This document shows positions 56,406-64,000 of a DNA stretch of 64,000 nt, piece by piece. The stretch comes from a virus (lineage: Duplodnaviria > Caudoviricetes). Each line of letters opens with the position of its first letter. Within the stretch, counting starts at the first letter, position 1. Below the pieces are notes generated by a model. It searched no databases and was not told where the DNA came from. It worked only from the letters and a program-made list of their open reading frames with translations. Position numbers and translations under genes: made by a program. Where the stretch lies: positions 8,768 through 72,767 of IMG/VR virus record IMGVR_UViG_2923084042_000004. One strand, 5' to 3'.

Positions 56406-57115
56406 TCGTCCGCCTCCTTATACAACCGTTTGTATTCAAAAACAACACTGTGTTCGAATAAATTATCGCTGGTCACTTTTGGTTCGTACGCTACAAAGAT
56501 CGGTATGTCATCGATGTGTAATTCTTCACTACGATCTACTTTGCGGACTATTTTCGCTCGGTTTGGCACTTCGTTAATAGGCACGTTAAAATGCTCGAAT
56601 GCCTTTTTATATTCGCTTTCCAGAAACTCTACGTGAGAGGTTACCGCGCTTTCTATCTTGTCGGTCAAAGAATTTTTAGGTTCAACTATCCGTTGATTTA
56701 CCGGATTAATTAAGTTCCAACGTTTATACTCTGACGTTACATACCGGTCAACCATTATTCCCTCCTCCAAAAACTCAGGATCTTCATAAACGTTGCCGAT
56801 TATCTCTAATTCTGCCGTTTCACTAAAAAGGAAATTTGAGACCTCATTCGACTCGTCAACTACCCAAAAAGATCCTTCCGAGTATTCAACAACCCCAATA
56901 ATATCGTCGGCCCCTCCGATGCAAGTTTCTTTATAGTCAATAATATCTCCCTCGTAAATGTCGTTTCCATTTACATCCTTTAATCCGGTGTACTGCATAA
57001 TCCCTTTTTGGGTTAATAAGTCCGTCAACGGAGCGTATTCCTCGAAAGCCAACGCATCACCCGGAATCATTTCGCCTTCTTCGAAATCCCACTTTCGGAA
57101 CTTAATCTCTCTCAT
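56402..57115 (-). CDS. YopX-family protein fused to a second domain
   Basis: MREIKFR.W..MQYTGLKDVNG.DIYEGDI..EIIGNVYE; internal GGAGG-ATG before MVDRY. Confidence 0.85.
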   Translation of the reverse strand: MREIKFRKWDFEEGEMIPGDALAFEEYAPLTDLLTQKGIMQYTGLKDVNGNDIYEGDIIDYKETCIGGADDIIGVVEYSEGSFWVVDESNEVSNFLFSETAELEIIGNVYEDPEFLEEGIMVDRYVTSEYKRWNLINPVNQRIVEPKNSLTDKIESAVTSHVEFLESEYKKAFEHFNVPINEVPNRAKIVRKVDRSEELHIDDIPIFVAYEPKVTSDNLFEHSVVFEYKRLYKEADE

Positions 57116-57624
57116 TCGCCAGCCTCCCGTCTCAATTCCGCCATCACACCGTCAGCCTTCGTTTTATATTCCGCATCCCCAAACGCCTCGTGTAGACGCA
57201 TGTAATCGTTATATTCGTCTAGTAACCCGTCAGTCTCTCGCTTGCGTTTCGCCACCTCTTGCGCACTTGCCGCCCGCGCCGTCTTCGGCGTTTCTTTCGG
57301 TTCTCGCGCCATCCCAACCGCCTCCTCTTTCGCGAAGTTGATTTCCGTAAAGTGAAGCGCCGCGCTCGTCGGCTCCGGATAATTCGTCATGTCATACGTC
57401 ATCAAGAAATCTTCCGACGCTGCCTTCCGACAGACCAAACGCAAATCGTCGCTATCGGCTTCTAACCATTCTCCGTTAATCGCGTCGGTCAGGTCGTACT
57501 CGACGTAATCAAAGGCGCCATATTCTTCGTGCTGCGTTACTTCGCGCCAGCAATCTACATAGAAAATCCGATCTTTGTATCCGTCTACTGCGACAATATC
57601 TCCGATAGCGAATCTCGGCTTCAT
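57112..57624 (-). CDS. Hypothetical protein (YodN-like architecture)
   Basis: KPRFAIGDIV N-terminus; D.LLDEYNDYM.L...FGD.EY C-terminus. Confidence 0.6.
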   Translation of the reverse strand: MKPRFAIGDIVAVDGYKDRIFYVDCWREVTQHEEYGAFDYVEYDLTDAINGEWLEADSDDLRLVCRKAASEDFLMTYDMTNYPEPTSAALHFTEINFAKEEAVGMAREPKETPKTARAASAQEVAKRKRETDGLLDEYNDYMRLHEAFGDAEYKTKADGVMAELRREAGE

Positions 57625-58421
57625 CTACGCGTCCCCCTTTTCGATTTACCTACGAATTCAATCTCGCGGCAAAGGTCGCCAATACGGTCGGCTAAGCGCT
57701 TCTCCTTGAAAACATCCGCCAACGAATCGAGCGCAATGTTACTCGTATAGATAGTCGGTAATTGATTTGTTACCCTTGCATTTATTACGGCGTGTAGATA
57801 TCCACGAAATGCAGGCGTGCAGTCTCGTACCCCTATATCGTCTAGGACCGCAAATGGGGTCGTCATTGCTAGCTTCATCTTACGTTGAAATTCCGTCATG
57901 CCTTCGTCGTCATTCGCCATCGTCGCCAAGTTAAACTCCGTCTGCCATTCGTTCATATCGAGGAAATATGCTGGACGCTGTAAAGGTGTTAACCCCCGGC
58001 GCAAGGAGCCGCTATAATGGACGCGTAGCCATTCGTTAAGAAGCGCCGCTGCTGTCGTCGTCTTGCCTGTTCCGGGCGATTCGCTTACGAGATATAGCGA
58101 TTTAATGCGCTCAACTGGCGATATCATTCCAGTTTCCTGGTCGAACTGCCGCTTGAAAGATTTAACATAAGCTTCCGCCATAGTCGTTACGCTCTCTTTT
58201 ATCACAGTCGGTTCTCGTTCCTCTATATAAATGGCACCGCGCGCCGGCGAATTCTGTAGCGTCACAAGCCGGTACTCACGCGGAAGCCCTGCCGCTGCCG
58301 ACCGTCCTCCGTTTCCGCTGACGCCGTGCATTGCGATGAAATACGGACAGTGTTGCGTACAGGCGCTGGAGCCCGCCGCTTTACATCCGTTAGCAAGTAC
58401 GCAATTATTTTCGTTAGTCAT
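57621..58421 (-). CDS. DnaC/IstB-like helicase loader ATPase
   Basis: N-terminal Cys cluster; PGTGKT; VLDDIG; INAR..PTIYTSN; RLADRI. Confidence 0.9.
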   Translation of the reverse strand: MTNENNCVLANGCKAAGSSACTQHCPYFIAMHGVSGNGGRSAAAGLPREYRLVTLQNSPARGAIYIEEREPTVIKESVTTMAEAYVKSFKRQFDQETGMISPVERIKSLYLVSESPGTGKTTTAAALLNEWLRVHYSGSLRRGLTPLQRPAYFLDMNEWQTEFNLATMANDDEGMTEFQRKMKLAMTTPFAVLDDIGVRDCTPAFRGYLHAVINARVTNQLPTIYTSNIALDSLADVFKEKRLADRIGDLCREIEFVGKSKRGTRR

Positions 58422-58440
58422 ATTCGCGGACCTCCTTTCG

Positions 58441-59285
58441 TTAGATCAACTCCGCCAACAAATGCGTTATTCGTTCGACTCTTCCGCGCTGGTCATACGA
58501 GCCGATGTAATAGTCGCTGGAATATAGTTCTTCCGTCAAAGCTTCGATCTTATCGATCAACCCATCCGTATGTCCTTGCCTTTCGGCTAACTTCGTTATT
58601 CTTACGTACTCCTGCGTTCCAAACGTTAGCTGTCCGATTTTCATTCGCCCACCTCTTCGCGTGAGTCGTCGATGATTCTATAGCCGTATTTACGCGCATC
58701 TTTCAAGTATAATGCTGCACCACCGGAAAAAGGCGGCCAACTGTCGTCTTCAATAACTAGTGCTTTGTGAACCCCGCTATCATCCGATATAAAATCGCCC
58801 ACACGAACCTCAGTCGGCTGCGGAGCGTTCAAGTATTCGTCTGGCACCGCCAAGCCTAGCGCACGTCTTAGCGCGATTGCTTTACCGATGTGAACGTTGA
58901 AGCAGTCGGACGGTGCGGCTTTGGCGATGCCGCGTTTATAGCGTTCACCTGTACGAACTCCCCGTAAGTCACACGCAACCGTACGGTGTTCTTTATTCAC
59001 ACGAAAACTAGCGTAACAACTGCACGGATATCCTTCGTTGTCCTCCGTCTGATAAACCGGACCGTCTTCGTCAGCGAGGTTTTCGAGGTCCGCCTTCGCC
59101 TGCTCAACGATTTCATCACGGCGGGCTTGGGCGCTTTTCTCGGCGTTCATTTTCGCCAACTTGCGCTGAGCCTGTTTAGCGCTTCGAAAACCTTCCTGAA
59201 ACATGCGCTTTTTAATCGCCTCCAATACCGCATCACCGTGCGCCATTAACTCGTCGTATCCCATTGCGTTCAAATCGATTTTCAT
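58441..59285 (-). CDS. Two hypothetical early genes (58441-58644; 58641-59285)
   Basis: Coupled ORFs; the second has GIAK..P.D.FN..IGKAIAL.RA, common in phage proteins. Confidence 0.65.
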
Positions 59286-59313
59286 TTCGTCAGCCTCCTC
59301 GTTTTTGTTTTCG

Positions 59314-59697
59314 TTAAAACCACGTATTATCTACGCCTTCATTGCGCTCGGCTCTTTGCTGTTCGGCCTTTAATTCGTTAACAGCTCGCTGCAAATTCCG
59401 TCCCATCCACTTTCGCATCCAACCGAAGCTGACGCCCGGCCATTCAAGCGACGGTTTGTATTCCGCGAAACATAGATCGATGAAACGTTTCGTAACTTCC
59501 GGGCCGTACTCGCCTGGCTTGCGTTTTGTACCGACCCAGCGACCAATAAGTCCCGCCTCCGCCTTCCACGGATCGCGAACAGGCATCGGAACATAAGGGA
59601 CGCCGTAGATCCGTTCGTGCTCCGCTTTGAGGTACGCCTGGAAATCGCGCGTATTCCACTTGGCGACCGGCTTTGATTCATACGTTGTCAAACTCAT
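59314..59697 (-). CDS. Hypothetical replication-region protein
   Basis: 127 aa; possible loader partner by position only. Confidence 0.55.
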   Translation of the reverse strand: MSLTTYESKPVAKWNTRDFQAYLKAEHERIYGVPYVPMPVRDPWKAEAGLIGRWVGTKRKPGEYGPEVTKRFIDLCFAEYKPSLEWPGVSFGWMRKWMGRNLQRAVNELKAEQQRAERNEGVDNTWF

Positions 59698-61337
59698 CCC
59701 ACCCTTCGACGTCTACTCCGAATACTTTCGAAGCTTCCTTGATTCCGAAAGCCTTACCTAAACTTAGATTAGTTCCTTCGTCAGTGAACGAACATGCCGC
59801 TTCATGTCGATGATGGTTATATAACTCCCGCACCTTTTCCTCCGGCGTCTTCTTGACTTCGTATCCGTTGACCAATGCGGCTGCTAGCGTTAGGATGTCG
59901 AGATCATTTAGCGCACTACACGATTTACCCCAATCGACCGTAAGGTGGTAAATTAGGATGTCATCTCTCGTCCACCCCTCGGAGTACAGTCGTAATAGTA
60001 CATCCGCCTGTTCCTTCGTGATTGTCGGCTTCATTTTAGCGCCTCCTTTGCGATTCTATTGATTTCCCTAAGAACGATATCTCCCGTAGAAATGCTCGAT
60101 ACGGTCGCGATTGTACTAAGCGCAGGACACATCGCCGGAGTTCCTTATTCCGTAGTTCAAGCCGTTCATTCTTCGTCTTCAACCGCTCATTCTCACCAAT
60201 CAAATCCGCCACAGCACAACGCAATCGTTTAACTTCTTCGGTCATGTTTTCGCCGCCTCCCTAATAGTAAAATCCGCCAGATTGGCAACCGCAAACCTCA
60301 AAGTTATCATCTACGATCAATTCGGTTCCTAAGAGTGGATGTCCGAATGGATTATAAACGGCGACAAGAAGATCGCTTCCGTCCTTTAATCGGATGGTAT
60401 ATTCGCGAGTATTCGGGTTTTTCCAGATTGCGAATTCTTCTCCTTTACGCAACCAAACGACCCGCTCCCCGTTTTCAATTCCGTAGTAATCATTCAGCGC
60501 TTTAAACCAAACCCGGTCAGGACCGCCCGTTCTCTCCGTAATGACTGCGTCTGATTTAGCGCATTCAGATACGAACTCCTTAACGTTTGCGTGCGCTCTA
60601 TCCCGTTTGTCTAAGCTTAGGTATTCGCTAATAAATCGATGGGATATCGCTGACATCCGCTTAATAAATTCCTCTACGTCCTTTAAGCGTTCGTTCTCAC
60701 GTTTAAGTGTGCGTAATTCATCTGCGATATTCTCCGCCATTCTTACGTAATCATTATCCATGTTTTCGCCGCCTCTCCGCCGTTTTATCGTCTACCCTAC
60801 CGATTGCCCTCGACCGTCAGTAACGCCGCTAATTCGCCGCGAAATTCCCGTATTGATCGTGCTAATTCCGCCAGCGATTGCGCATCCGAAGCACGCAGCC
60901 GCCGATTCATTACGTCCATCAGCGCGCGTTCGACCGTCGGGTGATACGCTACCTCGCGCCACTTTTCCTGCGGAGTTGGGTCGGCTTCCGGATTTTCGGC
61001 TAGCCGCTTCGCCCAGTTCGGCGCTTTCGTCGGGTCGCTGAAGTATCGCTCCTTTACGATGATATTGCGTTCGTCTGACGTGAGTTGGTAATCGGGTGAT
61101 ACCGGAATGTTAATCGTCATGGTTATCGTTACTCCTTTCGTTAATTAGTCGTCGCGATTCGAGGATCTTTCGGGCCTTTTCAAGTTCTTCTTTTTCGCGC
61201 TGGGATTTCGGCAATTTAATCGGGACAGTTTCAAGAATTTTCCGCGCCTGTTCTTCAGATAAAGTTGAGTTACTTCCGTACATATTCGCACTCCATTCGT
61301 TATTTAATAGACCTAGCAATCGTTCGCCTTCGCTCAC
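59678..61337 (-). CDS. Run of small early hypothetical genes (59678-60034 DUF1642-like; 60036-60245; 60261-60761; 60797-61120; 61110-61337)
   Basis: Co-oriented ORFs, most with SD motifs; LAAALVNGYEV in the first. Confidence 0.6.
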
Positions 61338-61522
61338 TCTTGCAGATATTCTTTATCGCGATAAGATTCTATTAATTAATGAATATCTGCGCGAAAGGTT
61401 TTTAATTGAGCGCTATTATTAGTTTAGTTAAATAAGTCTAGTTAAATGAGTTTAGTTCGTCTTCAAACTGTGAAGTACCTTACTTCAAATCTTGCAGGGG
61501 GCTACTATCGTTTTTTGAAGTG
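61325..61522. repeat. Origin-like element C with ~22-bp iterons
   Basis: CTTCAAA..TG(A/C)AG units at 61461 and 61483, degenerate at 61505; TAGTT repeats; GCAGATATT..ATCGCGAT..AATATCTGC core. Confidence 0.65.
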
Positions 61523-61857
61523 CCGCCCACCACGAACCAATCCGGAGGCTCCCATAGCGTGTATTCATTAGAAGTCTGACCGTTACCATTTTTGCGTTCT
61601 TTGACGTCAATAAGTTCGAGTTCCTTCAGCCTACGTAACGCTGACCGCACCGTATTCGTTGAACATCGGCATTTATCCGCGATCGTTTGGACGCTTGGAT
61701 GCGACTTCTTACTCGTATTGTCTGCGTGGAAACAAAGTACGGCGTATACGAGTTTCTGTACTGGCTTATCTAAATACGTTTCGTCTGCGATAACCGACTT
61801 CGTAACACGTACGAATCTGTGGTCGTGAAAGTCGATCGGTCGCTTTGCGTTTGTCAT
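61480..61857 (-). CDS. HTH_36-type replication initiator N-terminal protein
   Basis: KLVYAVL..HAD..SHPSVQTIA..C.CS.NTV...L..L..LI..SNEY.L. Confidence 0.85.
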   Translation of the reverse strand: MTNAKRPIDFHDHRFVRVTKSVIADETYLDKPVQKLVYAVLCFHADNTSKKSHPSVQTIADKCRCSTNTVRSALRRLKELELIDVKERKNGNGQTSNEYTLWEPPDWFVVGGTSKNDSSPLQDLK

Positions 61858-62852
61858 GCCACATCGACTCCTCTCTTCATTTTTATTTCCTCGGATTTTA
61901 GTTCCGCCAAAAACGAGTTTAATCGAGAAACTAGTTCGCTATTTCCGTTCTTCAAAAGATTTGGGATGAACTCGCTGATGTGTGTAAGAGTAACGTTAGG
62001 ATGTGCGAAACTACCTTCGGACTCTTTGGCGTAAATGATCGTAAGATGATCCGTATGGCGCAAATACTTGTCGAACGTTTTACTAGCGCGATTAAATGCG
62101 GTATTCTCGCTTAACTTAGCATCGATCCATTTAGTTCCGTCAACAATGAAATCCGGGATACAATCATAAATTCGCTTTTGTTCCTCGACCGATCCGGGAT
62201 GTAGCGCCTTGAGAACTTCACCAACAAGCAACTCAAATTTGCGTCCCTTCGTTATATAGAAAGATGCGTAAGATTCGTTGATAAGTTCGTATGACAATCC
62301 CCATTCTTCGCATAATTTCCTAACACTATGGCCGTAATATTTCCGTAAGTAATTTTCGATGTGCCACAGTTTATTTCCGTAAATATACTCATGTCTCAAA
62401 CCATGCGGAAACGTAGCTCTAACGTAGGCATCCAGCGCCTCTTTTTCGAGGTTTTCAAGAACCCCTTTTCTGTATTCGCGAAACTTTGTATCCGAAATGT
62501 TGTACAATTCTTTTACTTCTTCAGAAATAAATTTGTTCTCGGATACTTTATACTCGTCGTCGATGTAGAAACATCTTTCAATTTCCAGATGAGAAGGTTC
62601 TGCGACTTGCTCGCAGAGACCGTATGCAATTAGAGAGTTTTTCATACCGCCGAAAGCCCTCTCCAGACGCTTTCTCACAGCGTTGTAATTGTATTTTGTG
62701 GAGTTCATCAACTCCTTCCTTAAGTTAGTTACATCAATACCATCATCTATTAAGTCATCTATAAGAAGTAATGCGTTTTCTTGTGTTTGTGTAAGAACCA
62801 TCTTTTTTTCACCTCTCATACATAACTGCGAGTTTAACTTCCAGAATGGCAC
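61854..62852 (-). CDS. Hypothetical protein with C-terminal PD-(D/E)XK nuclease domain
   Basis: KG.KFE..IPDF..WIDAKL..KY; AT-rich; likely start MVLTQ. Confidence 0.6.
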   Translation of the reverse strand: MPFWKLNSQLCMRGEKKMVLTQTQENALLLIDDLIDDGIDVTNLRKELMNSTKYNYNAVRKRLERAFGGMKNSLIAYGLCEQVAEPSHLEIERCFYIDDEYKVSENKFISEEVKELYNISDTKFREYRKGVLENLEKEALDAYVRATFPHGLRHEYIYGNKLWHIENYLRKYYGHSVRKLCEEWGLSYELINESYASFYITKGRKFELLVGEVLKALHPGSVEEQKRIYDCIPDFIVDGTKWIDAKLSENTAFNRASKTFDKYLRHTDHLTIIYAKESEGSFAHPNVTLTHISEFIPNLLKNGNSELVSRLNSFLAELKSEEIKMKRGVDVA

Positions 62853-62941
62853 ATCTTTTCACCGAAATTTATTCCGTCACTTATAGATGCGTACGTACTT
62901 CGGAAAATGGACAAAAAAAATAACCCGGCCGTTAAGCCGAG

Positions 62942-64000
62942 TCACTTTCTTCGAGTTTTTCGTTTTTTGCTTTTATTCTCCTGTATCTGAAGTAACGGCG
63001 AATGCTTGCTATGCTCCTCCGTAAGTGCTTTTTTCGACAGATGAGTATAGCGCATCACCATTCGTAAGTCGCTATGTCCGAGGATCATCTGCAAGTGCCG
63101 GATATCTCCTCCATTCTCTAAAAACATAGTCGCGCCCGTATGCCGAATTAAATGCGGATGTACACGCTTTTTCACCCCTGCTCTTTCAGCGTAATTGTTC
63201 AGACGCTGTCTAAAATTATTCGTAGTCATCTTTTCGCCGTAGTTCGCTAAAAATACGTACTCACTATCGAAATCCTCGTTCTCCTTTATTAATTCACGCA
63301 ATAGGCGTAATGTCTTGTCCTCTAATGGAACGAAACGCCCTTTGCGGTTCTTTACGTCTTTACCTTCGAGAACCAACATCTTAGATCCGAAATCTATACT
63401 CGTTTCTTTAATCGATAATACTTCACCCACCCGCATCATAGAATCAATTAAGCACGTAAGCGCAACGTAATCCCTAAACTCCACGTATGAGCGCTGATCC
63501 ATTACGTTAAGTATAGCGCGCATCTCCTCGGGAGAAAGAATGTTAATCGGATTCTCCGGGTCTGTTATCAGCGAAACCTCTTCGAAAGGGTTCTCGTCCG
63601 CATAGCCTTCTTTGATCGCGAAACGGAAAAATGTTCGAATCGTCTTAATGTAATCGTTAACTGACCGCGGAGAAAGGCCTTGCGTCTTATGCTCGTCCAG
63701 CTTGAACTTATGACCCTCGAATTTAACCTTATCGTTAATCAGCCATGAAACGAATCCGCGCGCAAAGTCAACGTCTATATGCCGAATGTCTGCGGGCAGA
63801 CCGATCTCTTCCGCATAGTCCGAAAGATATTGGCAAGCACGCAAGTATTTATCTATCGTAGCCTGTACGACATTATCCGCGCGTTTAGCATCGCATAGTC
63901 GATCGAATATGTAATCGAGTTCATACGTACCTTTGCGAGTTGTTTTTACGGAGGAGCGTCCGGACTTAACGCGTTTCCCCTTCCGGTTTTCTGAATGCAT
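62942..64000 (-). CDS. int: Tyrosine integrase/recombinase
   Basis: SAM-like N-terminal region; MRVGE, K..K.R.VP, HLIRH, LGH, RY catalytic set; terminator at ~62914-62941. Confidence 0.95.
   Translation of the reverse strand: MHSENRKGKRVKSGRSSVKTTRKGTYELDYIFDRLCDAKRADNVVQATIDKYLRACQYLSDYAEEIGLPADIRHIDVDFARGFVSWLINDKVKFEGHKFKLDEHKTQGLSPRSVNDYIKTIRTFFRFAIKEGYADENPFEEVSLITDPENPINILSPEEMRAILNVMDQRSYVEFRDYVALTCLIDSMMRVGEVLSIKETSIDFGSKMLVLEGKDVKNRKGRFVPLEDKTLRLLRELIKENEDFDSEYVFLANYGEKMTTNNFRQRLNNYAERAGVKKRVHPHLIRHTGATMFLENGGDIRHLQMILGHSDLRMVMRYTHLSKKALTEEHSKHSPLLQIQENKSKKRKTRRK

Noticed and set aside
62942-64000. attL/attR sites
   Set aside because: The window ends at the integrase start and within the endolysin, so prophage boundaries are not visible.

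Overview
The window is a near-complete (~64 kb) temperate siphophage/prophage, probably of a Bacillus subtilis-group host, encoded almost entirely on the minus strand. From right to left it contains: tyrosine integrase; early/replication genes (HTH initiator-like protein plus iterons, DnaC-like loader, DnaB helicase, primase); a lysis-lysogeny switch (two XRE proteins, arbitrium aimR-aimP with predicted peptide INAIGG, a sigma-like factor); DNA metabolism (SSB-like protein, PolA, nucleases, NrdI/NrdE with a group I intron/NrdF, dUTPase, ThyX, dNMP kinase, C5 and N6 methyltransferases); an accessory region (~21.1-29.8 kb); then HNH/cos/terminase, portal, head, tail, holin and endolysin. The most striking observation is an unannotated 29-codon gene at 28489-28578 (-), with its own promoter, RBS and terminator. 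It encodes MGELNPGAGPQLYGMPRGASPLEGIVRGA, which carries the mature arbitrium peptides of two other phages (GMPRGA of SPbeta, GIVRGA of Katmira) in tandem, has no signal peptide and is unrelated to this phage's own AimP. It is a candidate signal-spoofing weapon against SPbeta-like competitors. Other highlights: a stand-alone, catalytically degenerate copy of the TerL nuclease domain; a ~345-nt structured ncRNA that begins with a tRNA mimic; three related origin-like elements; two programmed frameshifts; and several probable non-canonical start codons. All family assignments come from motif recognition by eye; no searches were run.
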